Positions 51,933 to 64,000 of a DNA stretch of 64,000 nucleotides are shown in pieces. Source of the stretch: Utricularia gibba (taxonomy: Eukaryota; Plantae; Magnoliophyta); assembly GCA_002189035.1 (NCBI GenBank), contig NEEC01000002.1:5952001-6016000 (forward strand), written 5' to 3'. The first letter of the stretch is position 1. The number at the start of each line of letters is the position of its first letter. The notes under the pieces were generated by a model. It did not search any database, had not been told where the DNA came from, and saw only the letters and a list, made by a program, of their open reading frames with translations. Position numbers and translations under genes: made by a program.

Positions 51933-52030
51933 ATAAAGTATGTGAAAAGAATGATCATTCATAGTTGAAAATTTTTGTCTTTTTTAATAAAGTATGTGAA
52001 AAAAATGACCACTCTCAATTAAAAATTTTT
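51933..52030. repeat. Imperfect ~55-bp tandem duplication
   Basis: Two copies of ATAAAGTATGTGAAAA(G/A)AATGA(T/C)CA(T/C)TC...AAAATTTTT. Confidence 0.6.
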
Positions 52031-52205
52031 GGATGAGTGTATGAGAGAAGGTGTAATGATAACCAATTTTGTAAATGACGAAATTGATCCACTCTGCACC
52101 AAAGGTTTAGAAGGTTCTATTCAAAACTACTACAACCTAGACATGTTTTATTTTTAGAACTTATTAAAATGATTTTATTCAATTTTTGTATATTAATTTT
52201 ATTTA

Positions 52206-52208
<3 letters not shown>

Positions 52209-52236
<28 letters not shown>
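52209..52236. repeat. (AT)n microsatellite
   Basis: About 14 perfect AT units. Confidence 0.9.
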
Positions 52237-52241
<5 letters not shown>

Positions 52242-53906
52242 AACATATTTATATCTTCACATTGAATTTTAAAATACATAAGTTAAACTATTAAATTATA
52301 TAATATGATTTCAGATTATATCATAAAATAATTTTATAATTTCAAATTAATTATATTCATATAATTTCAAAAATGATAATATTTTATATAATCCAAAACA
52401 TACACCCTATGTGACAATTTTGGCCATTCTGAATACTAAATCATTTATTCAATGTATAAGATATAAAATAAGGATGATAAATTTTATAAATAACTGTGTG
52501 ATGGTTCATTATTCACAATCCCTTGACCAAAAAAAAAAACATACACACTCATGAATGAGAAAAAAGCAGTAGTAGAGGGCAATAAATGCATTCAACTAAA
52601 TTTATTGGCATTCATTGACACTATTTATATCATCTCATGAGTGATGGACATTATTTTTTTGTATACTTTTTTATATTATATTTTATATTACTAAGGATGT
52701 GTGTAATTGAAAATTGCATTTAGTAAATAGCTTTTACAAATATGATTTAAATTTTATTGTGTTTTTGGTAGATATATTTAAAGTAAACGAAAAAAAATTA
52801 AAACTTATTTGAAATAAAAGCCTTGTTATATAAAATTGGTGCAAGAAGGTGATATAATCATGGTTTTTGTTAACCATGGTTGAGTTTCCAGGGTTGCAAG
52901 AAGAGCCCAATTAGGCGTTTTTGCTTGCCCAGTCTTCTGGAGCAATTTATCCGTTGGGCCTAAGGCCCATTAACTTCTCTTTTTCCATCTTTTCTTTTTG
53001 TTGAAGACAAAATGGAATTAGATATTGTCTTTCTCTTTCTCTTTTTCTTTTGATAGTAAAACGTGATATGATAAAATGTAATATAAATTATGTAAATAAA
53101 TAAAGTATAAAATATGTTTGATTAGTGAGTCAATTACAAATTTAATTATATTTACTTTCTATTTAACAAACTAAAAGTAAAATTGTACATTGAAAATGAG
53201 GAGTTTTGTCACATAAATTTAATTATTCGACTATATTTCTAAATACCCTTGATTACTAGTACATATTTATGATATAAACAATTATTTTAATTAAAAACTT
53301 ATATTTCTATAATGAAAATGTCATTTATAGAAAAAAATTAATTTTAAATTCAATAAATAGAATTTTATATTTTGATTTTTGTATAGAACTATACCAACCA
53401 AGTCTAATAGGGAAAAGTATTTGCTTCTCTTATATCTTGTTTTAACATCTACCAAATAAGCCAATTAGCGTAAAGGAAACGAAAAGGCAAAGGTTAGTTT
53501 TTTTTTATAGGGATGAGAAGTACAAGGAGACATGGTGTTTAGTTGATGAGAATAGTATTTAATTATGGGGATTAAATAATTTTAAAATAAAGTAAAATAG
53601 AATATAATTTAAATAAATTTATGTAAATAAAATAAAAAAAACTGCTAAAATTCTGAACTTATTTAATACTAGTAACTAAACATTCTATAATTTATAATTT
53701 TACTTTTAAATTCATGTAATCCTATCAACGAAATATCATCCAATTTTTAGGTTTGCTTTGGCGCAATACAAAAACAAAATTTAAATTTTAAAAGCATTAC
53801 GATAATTAATTGTTCTCCTAAAAGTAAGGATTAAATATTTAAACGGTTAATAAACTAATACATGATCACTAAACAAGCATTAGGGTGCCGAGAGAGAAGG
53901 CGATGT

Positions 53907-54221
53907 TCACAACTCGTTTGAAATCAAGTCGCCGAGATCCCGCGACTCGCGCTTCTCCCCGCCACGGCGGAGCCTCCGGAGGACGCGTTCGAAGAGGGAG
54001 ACGTGACAGGGGATCCTAATCACGCCCTTCTGGCTGTAACCGTACTCCGCCGCCGATCGGTTGAGAAGTCTGACGAAAGCCGGGTGCTTCAGAAGCTCCG
54101 CACTCACTACGAACCTCTGCATCTCGTCGCCGACGTGCAGCGGGAGGTGCCCCGTGGGGACATCGCCGTCGTGCTGGGAGGAGTCGGCGACGCTGGACAG
54201 CCGCCGCAAGAATTTCTTCAT
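53907..54221 (-). CDS. SAUR: SAUR auxin-responsive protein (SAUR40/41/71/72 clade)
   Basis: Intronless 104 aa; VPTGHLPLHVG-EMQRFVVSAELLKHPAFVRLLNRSAAEYGYSQKGVIRIPC is the SAUR domain; N-terminus MKKFLRRLSSVADSS. Confidence 0.93.
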   Translation of the reverse strand: MKKFLRRLSSVADSSQHDGDVPTGHLPLHVGDEMQRFVVSAELLKHPAFVRLLNRSAAEYGYSQKGVIRIPCHVSLFERVLRRLRRGGEKRESRDLGDLISNEL

Positions 54222-54375
54222 AGGGGCGAGAGGGGCGGAAATGAAGAGATGGGGGGAGGGGCGAGAGGGTATATGATGGGAAGATGAAGGTACAAAGGAG
54301 CGTACTTTGCCGGTACGGTTGTTGGGTGTTGGTGAGGATTTATTGTGCTTCGGGTAATGAGTTTGTTATCAGTAG

Positions 54376-54381
54376 TGTCTC
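54376..54381. promoter_or_regulatory. AuxRE (TGTCTC) about 155 bp upstream of the SAUR start codon
   Basis: Canonical ARF-binding hexamer in the proximal promoter of an auxin early-response gene. Confidence 0.45.
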
Positions 54382-56289
54382 ATGCACCTTTTCTTTTCTT
54401 GTTTATGGGTTCAGGAAAAAGAGGGGTAAAAGTGCAAAATATGAAAGTTACAGGGTGTTGGGCACAAATTCATTTTTCACTTTCTTTTTTGTTTTTATTT
54501 CAATCACATTCCATCCCACTAATCATGAGGGGTGTATTATAAATCCGGCAATCCCTTCTTAAATTATGTTAGAAAATTGACCATACATAATTAAAAAAAA
54601 TTGCCTAAATCTGTGAAAAAAATAAAAAAAAGGACCATTTTTGTAAATGACTCACCATCACTTTATCATGGAAAGGATGAATAGTATCTGATTATCAGAA
54701 AAATCAGATTTTATTATATATTTTGAAAAATAATATAAAAGAGAAAAGAATAGAATTTGAACATTTCAAATAGTTTGAGATAATTTTATTCATTTATAAT
54801 ATCATATTATTATGACTTTATTTACATGATTTTTTGCACTTCATTTCAATACTTTTCTTTTTTGAAAAAGATATAATACTTCTTTATAAAAATAAAGTTC
54901 TTCAAAACATTTTGAAAAACCAAATGGAAGATAAGGAGAGTATCTTTGAATATGTCAATTGATGTAGAGAAATCTTATCTATTTCTAATATTATATTATA
55001 ATATTAATTTTTCTAAAAAATATACATATAACCATATATAAAAATAATATATATATATAATAATGATTATACCCCACATAATTAATATAATTATAACTGC
55101 ATATTAAATAATATAATTTTATTAAATCCATCATAAACCAACCTTACATCTTCATATCAAACAAAGTCTTTCAGTGACATGGAGGAGGGAATGAGGGGTA
55201 ACAACTGAAAAAAACAAAGGGAAAGATGAATGTAAACCATTTACTAGGTATTTTTCCATCAAAGTTAAGTTTTATTGATCAGCACTATCCTATAAAGAAT
55301 AGTAAAACCGTAAAAATTTGATCTTCAAATTTGATACATCACATTCTATTGTTGCAACTTTGGTGCGGGCGGCGGAGCAGTTCAAGGAGATGCCATTTCT
55401 CAGCCAACGTTGGGTAGCACAAAATAAGCATCAGATACGCATGAAGAGAACTTTCATGGGGCCGTCTGGTTTTCTCCACCATCGAATAGTCAGGCTGTGC
55501 CTGTCACCTTCCCACTTCCACATCCAAGAAATGAACCGTCGTCCATCTGAACTCTTCTTGTCAAGTATTTTTTAATGAAGAATACCATTTGTCTCGTGTA
55601 ATTTCTACCCACCGGCCACATCGCCTCCAGCCATATCGCCGGTTGCAGGCGTGCTTTCCGGCGACACGGAGGTGGCTCCTATTACCCACACAAAAAGATA
55701 TGTGCATATTACCTTAATTTCGGGGTGAAGATCCGCTGCGGCGCCCGGATGCTCAGAGTAGCCGCCGGTGTCGTGTTTCCCGGGAATTTCGGTCGATTTC
55801 GCCCGAAACCGGACAATTTCGGCCGGAATTGACGGGGACGCCCATTTCGATCGAGGCGGTAAATTGCCAATTGGACTCGACCGGAAATCACACAAGGATG
55901 CTCCACGCATTCAAGAAGATCCGCAAAAGCGCCGATTTGGGGGTGAATAGAAATTAGGGTTCTAAGGAAGATAAGAAATCGCCATGTCAGCAAAGCAAGA
56001 AGGCTGAAGTGGTGAAGGTGGGTTCCGTGTTTGCTTGTTCGTATTTATTTATTTCGTTATATATTTAATGCCGACTTATTTGGCGAGTCTTAATTCACAT
56101 CCACATCAGCAAACATGCGACCCGGCATCTTCTCAATCATTTCCGACGACTCCGCGCAGCATATGAAGGCAGTAGGCACCTCCCTCTCCATCGGCTCCAC
56201 ACTCTCCTTCTAATCCTGTAGGTTATCTTCATTCCTCGAATCGTCTTTCAGTCACTCACTCCATTTCTCTGAGTGAACGGAGATTTCAG

Positions 56290-59200
56290 ATGGAGGCGGC
56301 GCCGCGGCAGCGATTACTCTGGTTTTGGAGTCTTTTTCTCGTTTTACGGATCGGTTATCACGTCGGAGCTCAAATCACCGATCCGGTGGAAGGTACACTC
56401 CTATCTCCGTAGATTTTCGCGCGAATTTGCTTTGCGAAGCAGAATTCGGTTTCTGCAAGAGGAGCCTCTTCTGTACATTGGAGTTGGACTCGAGCTCTGC
56501 CTCGGGATCGCTAGCCTCCTATATATCCTGGTTGAGGAATAATTCTTTCCGTACGGATGATACTAGAAAAAGGCAAATTTCGATACGATAATAATTAATG
56601 TTAATTATATTGGAATTGTTTAGACATAAATAATCTGTAATATACATGTGAAAAAATAAATATCCCCATCATAATGTTTTTTTTATTTGAGTTTAAATTT
56701 AAGAATCATTTTTTATTTCTCGGAGATGTTTATTTACTATTTTCTTTTTGTTTTCTTCCTCATCAGCAAGGTTATTGAACACTATGTTTGAGAGATGGGG
56801 AATTGGGGACTGGGGACCAATAACGGATGGAACATCAGCGGGAACCTGTGCAGTGGTGTTGCAACAGATTCGACCCCGCTTGGGAGTATAAACCCAGGAA
56901 TCAAGTGCGGTGTGTGTACTGGAAATGGCTCCACTTGCCATATTACTGCCCTGTAAGCGGAAACATGCGAAATGCGTATTGCTTGTTGCTGCGACACGGG
57001 ATTTACAGAGCTTACATTGTTGAACAGGAGGGTCTACGCACTGAATGTCATTGGTCCTCTTCCAGATGAGCTTTGGAATTTAACATTTTTGACTGAAATG
57101 TACATTCACAATATTCCATTTACATTATTGACTATGAATTTTGAAGTGCTAACAGGGTTTCTTTGTTCTTTCTTGCAGAAATTTGGACCAAAACTATCTC
57201 ACTGGTCCTATTCCTCCTGCCATTGCCAGACTCACTCGTTTGCAAACCTTGTATGTATAGTTTGGTTTTATTTTGTTGTGCTGTTTCCATGTTTTCGTAG
57301 ACTCACTTGTTTATGAGCTTGGAGGTTTTTCCCACTTCTTATACGCATTTGGAATGGAGAATTTGAGAAGCTGTGCTTTTGAAATCTCAGGAGCATTGCA
57401 CTGAATGCATTACAAGGGCGAATTCCTTCAGCGCTTGGACAGCTTAGAGACTTAAGAGTGTTGTAAGTGTAACGAAAAATAATCTTATAAATATAAGTTG
57501 TTCTTTTACATAAACGCCTTGAACCGACGATTCTCTTCTGAACATGGACTAGTAACAGATTATAGATGTCTCTAAGGAAAAGGAATGCAGTGCTTTGGTA
57601 ACCACAAGGATATTTCCTGGACTGAACACGACAACCTGCATGTGAACTCCATCTGCATTGACTGTTATACTCATGTCTCCTGTGCTTTGCTAATATGCAG
57701 GTCATTCGGCCACAACAACCTTTCTGGTCCACTTCCGCCAGAACTTGGGAATCTAACAAGGCTTGAACAGATGTAGGATTTGAGAGCAAAACCTTGACCT
57801 TAAAAAATAGAAAGAAAGAAATATGAAGTATTTGGACCTATCTTTGTTATTATGATGCTTCTGTTTTTCTTATTCACATTAGATACATCAATAGTTGTGG
57901 AGCCAGTGGTCCGATACCCATGACTTTTGCCAATCTCCGAAGCATGCAGACAGTGTAAGAACTTGAGAGCCTATAAACTCATCTCCACTACAAGCCTACA
58001 ATTATGTTTGACGTAGAACTTGAAAAATATTCGGATTTCAGATGGGCAATGGATAATGGTTTCACTGGTGGAATACCGGCTTACATAGGAGATTGGTCTT
58101 CCCTTCAAGTACTGTAAGACACTAATTTTTCTCTACATATCAATGTTAATGGCGAATATTTCAGCCATCTTTTGAGGCTTTTCCCAGTTTTCTTAGTGAC
58201 ATGTCATTTGATGAGAAATGCTTTGTCAGGAGGTTACAGGGTAACTCTTTTCGAGGTCCCATACCTTCGTCATTTTCCAACTTGACCACGTTAACGGACT
58301 TGTAAGTTCTTTACTTCCTGTTTTGTTTATTATCCAGGAATGACTAATTCCCCATCACTACTGCAGGCGAATAAGTGATGTATTGGATGTAACATCGTCA
58401 CTCGACTTCCTTCAGAACTTGACTTCGCTGGCTACTTTGTAAGAGGTTAAATAACCACGTGGGTGCGTGAATATTTCACAGGCTAAGCCATATTTGTTTG
58501 CTTTACAGAAATCTGCGGAACAATTACATTTCAGGTTCCCTACCCACGTTCTTCAACAATTTTCCGAGTTTACAAATGCTGTGAGTGCTCTTGTATCTTT
58601 TTTTTTTTGGGAAATAACATTCTATGTGGTATGAATTGGAGTTTGATTCAAAAGCTTAAATTTTATCGTTTTGGTTTTTCAGGGATTTGAGCTTCAACAA
58701 TTTGACAGGAAGTATTCCAGACAACATTTTCAATCACAGCCGTCTCACTAACTTGTAAAATGAATCATTTTTCTATACCCATGTGCTGGAAGGAGAAATG
58801 CACGAGCTACTTAGATCATTTGCCTTTTTATTTTACATTTTCAGGTATCTCGGAAATAACAGCTTAACCGGTGCCCTTCCTTCGCAGAGGAGTCTCAACC
58901 TCCAGAACATGTACGTTCTTTAAATCATCCTTCTTATATATCTATTTACTTCTGTTTGTCTAACTCTCAACACTTTGTCATAGAGACGTGTCATATAATG
59001 ACTTATCAGGAACGTTGCCACAATGGATCAATCAACAGAATTTGAGCCTGTATGAATAAAAAAAAATCAAATAGTTCCTGTTGGCCTCATTTTAAAATGT
59101 ATCGTGGACTGATTGTGGTTCACCATTTCTTGTAGCAATATTGTGGCCAACAACTTCAGGATCGATAGATTGAGCAGGAGGTAAGTTTTGAAAATCAAGG

Positions 59201-61686
59201 ATCATCAGTTACCATCTGTATGCTTTTACTGATACTTCTTAACTATTGTCATCCCATAATTACAGAGTTTTGCCTGATGGTTTGGACTGTCTGCGAAGAG
59301 GCTTTCAGTGCAACCGTAATCGACCGAGATGTAAGGAATTCCACATTGTTGCTCTTTTCCATCTTTGAATTCCGTGTTTAAAATGATAGATTATTCTTTC
59401 TAATCTACGTTTGCAGATTCACGGTTTGCAATCAAATGTGGTGGACCTGAGTTCACATCTTCTAATGGAATCGTTTATGAGAGAGATGAAGACGCTCTCG
59501 GCCCTGCAAACTACTATATAGCCCCAACAAGACGATGGGGGTTACCAATGTTGGTTTGCCTAATGAAAACAACAACCCACGATATCAAACCAATTCATCT
59601 TCGCAGATCACAAACACTGCAGACCCTGCGCTTTTTCAGACTTCAAGAATTTCAGCAGGGTCATTGAGATACTATGGTCTAGGTCTTGAAAATGGTAACT
59701 ACACAGTGACACTCCAGTTTGCAGAGACTATAATTAATGGTACGAGGACATGGACGAGTATCGGACAACGTGTTTTTGATGTATTTATTCAGGTAATGAG
59801 GTTGGGATACTTCCAGCTGTATGCAGTTTTCATCTGAGATATATTATAAGAGAATGTGCGTGGTTCAGGGAAATTTGTTATTGAGAGACTTCAATATACG
59901 AAGAGAGGCTGGCGATGTTCCTAATTGGGCTGTGGTGAGGTCATTCAACGTTTCCGTAGAGAATAACTATGTTGAAATCCATCTGTTTTGGGCTGGCAGA
60001 GGGACATGCTGTGTCCCAGCACAAGGCACATATGGACCAGCTATTTCAGCTATAAGTGCAACACCAAGTAAGCAAAAATCCCAAGCATAGAATCATGTTG
60101 TTGGAAAGATGTTGACATATTTAGTCATCTGAAGCAGCTTCTTTCTTAAACAGATTTTGTTCCAACGGTTTCGGACATCCCTCCTGGTGAGCCGCGAAAT
60201 CATACTGGTCTCATCATTGGGGTTGTTGTTGGAGTGGTCACTGCAAGCTTGGTTGCGCTACTTGCAATTTTTCTTGTCCGGCGAAAAAGGAGAAGAGATC
60301 TCGAGGATCAAGGTAACTGTATGCTTAGACTGTCCATCTCTGTTTCTTGCGTTAACTCTGTTTGTTCCCTGACATTTTCTTGTCTCCCTGAATATTCAGA
60401 ACTAAAGGACATTGATGTCCGGCCTTACACATTTAGTTTCTATGAGCTTAAGACTGCTACCAATGACTTCAGTACCGCAAATAAGCTTGGGGAGGGAGGA
60501 TTTGGCCCTGTCTTCAAGGTACACACCCTTCATTTTTTCTAGCTACATGAAGAAACATCTGTACCTGATCGACATATCCTGTAGGGCACACTCGGAGATG
60601 GAAGAGACATTGCCGTTAAGCAGCTTTCCAAAGCCTCCCGTCAGGGTAAGGCCCAGTTTGTTTCAGAGATAAAGTTTATATCCGCTGTGCAGCACCGCAA
60701 CCTTGTGAAGCTTTACGGATGCTGCATAGAAGGGAACAAGCGTCTTCTTGTCTACGAGTTCCTTGAGAAGAAGAGTCTTGATCTCGTATTGTTTGGAGAT
60801 GACATCACAAGAACACACCTTGACTGGGAAGAACGATACAACATATGCTTGGGAGTTGCACGAGGTTTAACGTATCTTCATGAGGAATCTCGCCTCAGGA
60901 TTGTCCATAGAGATGTAAAAGCTGGCAACATCCTCCTGGACAAGGACCTGACCCCCAAGATCGCAGATTTTGGGCTCGCTAGACTCTACGAAGATAATAA
61001 AACGCACATAAGCACAGGGGTTCTTGCTGGTACAAGGTAAGGTTAATGCTTCGTTCCCTATCCATTATGGGGCATGCTCTCATGCACTTGCTCTATTTGC
61101 TTAGTGGCTACATGGCGCCGGAGTATGTCATGCGAGGACATCTTTCTGAGAAGGCGGATGTATTCAGCTTCGGAGTTCTGTCTCTGGAGATCCTCACCGG
61201 GAGACGTAACTCAGATGAAAGACTGGGGAGTGACCGCGCTTATCTTCTTGAATGGGTATATTTTGACCAGAATCCCTTTGTTACTGCACTGCTTCTTACC
61301 TCATTTCATCGAGGTCTTGTGCTTTTTAGGCTTGGAGGCTGCATGAAAGCAAGAATGAATTGGAGCTGGTTGATCCAGTGCTGCAAGAATTCAACCCGGA
61401 GGAAGCGAGAAGGGTCATCGGCGTTGCTCTTCTCTGCACTCAGTCATCTCCGACATCACGCCCGCCAATGTCCCGTGTGACGGCGATGCTCTCCGGCGAC
61501 ATTAAAGTCCCTCCGGTTACCTCCCGGCCTACGTACTTAACTGACTATGAGTTCAATGATGTCTCTGTGGCGACAACCACTGTTGGCTCAGAATCAAACC
61601 ATGACACGGTTGCTACAAGTCTCAGCTCAAGTGAAATAATCCCTGGTGAACATGAGCAGCCAATTTTTGGAAAAAGCGGAAGGTAA
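56290..61686 (+). CDS. LRR-malectin receptor kinase (LRR-VIII-2, At1g56130/At1g56140-like), with two single-base frameshifts as assembled
   Basis: Exon 1 (56290-56392) [34 protein letters not shown], a run of about 72-nt LRR exons, malectin domain ([29 protein letters not shown]), [13 protein letters not shown], and kinase with AVKQL, HRDVK, DFG and GYMAPEY. Frame breaks at G runs near 56805-56815 and 59537-59541. Confidence 0.85.
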
Positions 61687-64000
61687 ACTGATGCACATGG
61701 CATCCTTCACCGGAGTTCGTCTGTCTGCGTCCTGTCCTGTGGTTACTGCTGCTGCTGTTGTCTTTTTGGCCTTGGTCTTCTTTCTTGAACTTCTCTACCA
61801 GCTTCATCCTGTACCGAAAATAAACCCAGTTGTGGTTGGGAGCTTTGATGAACACAATAACGTCTGAAGATTCACCGCCGCCGCCTGTCCTCTGAACAGC
61901 CCAAGAAACATCATCCATATGGAATGGCCAGCGCAGGAGGCGGCGGGTAGCCCTCCCGGGTTTTGAACTTTTATTTGTGTTTTAGCTATACGTGTTGTAT
62001 ATATATAATTTAAATAACCTGATATACTGAATGCCTATAATTATATGTTTTAAATATATTTAAAACATTTTAATAAAGATATGTGAATTACCTAAGAAGT
62101 GTTAAATAGGACTAGAAATGTTTTATTTATGTAAAAATAAAATTATATTTTTGCTATCTTTTAATGTAAATGAAAAAAGTGAACTATAAAAATATTAAAT
62201 AAGCGCTGAGATATAAAATTAATCTATAAATATTTACAATCAGCGTTAATCTATAATTTTGTTATTTTAATACAGAAGTTTAAAAATTAAATAGAATCTT
62301 TTCAATAAACTTTGTAAATATAACATGCTCTAGATTTACGTATCTTTAAATTAATAAATATCGATTTTATCTAGTTTAATAAACATATGATTTTAATACC
62401 TTATTAATATAATTTTTTTAATACTATCTACAAAACACATTAAATTGTAAACATGATAATATTTATTTTAATAGTACTATGTTTCAATGGAAAAACACAG
62501 CTTGGGGTGGTGTCATGTAGGAAGCTAACTAAACATGTATTCATCTCCCACATTGAAGCTCAATTTTCTTTGATCATGTTTCTCATAAGTTGTTTTGTGG
62601 AATTTAGAACAAAATTTCCACATATATTAGTAATAAAATTATTTTAATTATTTTTTAAAATATATATTAAAATAGAACCCAAATTAGACTGCGGGCAAGC
62701 TTAAGGTATGATACAACAAAATTGTATGTCCTAGGTGTTAATGCTTATAAACAAGTTTTAATGTAGATGAATTAGAAGTTTGGTCATGTATCAAACATTA
62801 TGTGAAAAAATTGTCACCATATAATATATATATATATATACCTAATGTGTAAAAGATAATACAAAAGTGATTACTTTTCTAAATGACTCATTCTAAAGTA
62901 GTACAACATGCTTTTCAAAATCTTGTCAATGTGGGAGGTTATCCTTTGAAATTAAAGCTTCAAAGGGATCATAAAAGTTGGAAGATTTAATTCAACTATG
63001 TAATAAGCTTTGAAATTAATGCAATTTATCATATACTTGATATAAAGGTAGAAAACATAACATGAATCACAAACAATGTCCTAAATAATTATTTAATGTT
63101 TGGGTGATGATTTACAGGTAGTTTTGAGGAGTGATGAATGTTAGAATAAGTTGCTAAATGTCGCGGTCTAACACATTTAACGTATCAAAACAAATTTATA
63201 AACGTAGCTATTTTACTACACAAATAATATGAATTAATATAATGTGGCAAGCAAGGGTAGAATTCACATGCAATGTTTGTAATTTCCTGAAGTTTATCAC
63301 ATTTACTGAAAATAGGAGGTTTCTTGGGGGTTTAGTTCCAACGCGGATAAGACTTAAAATAACAATAACTGAAATAAATTGGTTTTAATGATGAAAAAGG
63401 ATTGAAATTAACGTGAATGGATAGGAAACATAAAATAAAAGTGATTATGCTGGGTTTTACACTAGGGTCTAATTCTTGTGTCACTCAAGAGAGCCCATAG
63501 GCTTAAACCCAACTTGAAAATGCTTAAAAATAGAGTAAGAGTTTGCAGGAATAGAGGAAGGGTTCGTAGTAACAGTAAATCGCATATTAAATTTAAAGGC
63601 AAACACAAAAGGCTCAAGCAAGAACATGTTCATAAGCTTAAATAAGGTTTCCAGGCAATTTCTCGTTCACAACAAGGTACTAAAAATGTAGTAGAAAGCA
63701 TAGAAACGAAGACAGTAACAGTAGCTAGTTTGTCGACACAAACGGAATGTAGAAAATGGAAAATAAAGTGTTTAGTGGTTGCTCTCGATTGTAGATCTAT
63801 TGGAAATCGAAGTTCTGGCCGGAAATGTGGTGTAGAAATGCAGATCTGAAGGTCGTTGGAGATGTTCGTTGGAGAAACATAGTTCTCCTCACTCCCGCTC
63901 TCGCTCCTGTTCCCTCTGTGCACTTTGCGTGCACAATGTACGTTCCTTTTTCTCTCCCTTCCTTTTCCCTTTTACAGCTCAAAAGTAAAGTTAGTTTCAT

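Noticed and set aside
53530-53690. TGTTTAGTT...AACTAAACA inverted ends suggesting a Tourist-like MITE
   Set aside because: TIR match is short and gapped in AT-rich DNA, with no TAA/TTA TSD.
61646-61918. Small hydrophobic plus ORF and 98-aa minus ORF just after the RLK stop
   Set aside because: Probably 3'UTR; no peptide-hormone or domain motif recognised.
63630-64000. ORF fragments at the window end, possibly LTR-like
   Set aside because: Truncated by the window edge, with no diagnostic motif.

Overview
Gene-dense plant nuclear DNA from a compact eudicot genome. Short introns, short intergenic gaps and an R1-type NLR remnant suggest an asterid, possibly Lamiales (inference). Spliced protein genes reconstructed by hand from GT/GC-AG sites and recognisable motifs: QTRT2-like (3' part), tandem LEA_2 protein, FAN1, an LRR-VII receptor pseudokinase, RABA5, a miniaturised bHLH128/129-type factor, an OCT transporter, plastid PGK, STR1 sulfurtransferase, proteasome alpha-2, TTI1, plastid DAP decarboxylase, a WW/EAR/GIR-like small protein, a SAUR and an LRR-malectin receptor kinase. 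Non-coding features absent from the ORF track: tRNA-Arg(CCG) and a minus-strand tricistronic snoRNA cluster at 22.19-22.60 kb (two C/D box, one H/ACA) whose guides match 25S, 18S and 5.8S rRNA. Mobile DNA: a 1.15-kb Mutator-like foldback element with a 10-bp TSD, a probable Copia solo LTR and a LINE RT fragment. The three immune-type receptor loci (NLR remnant, CRK, LRR-malectin RLK) all carry reading-frame lesions, while the housekeeping genes checked look intact. rRNA sequences and Arabidopsis gene IDs are recalled from memory; no database searches were run.
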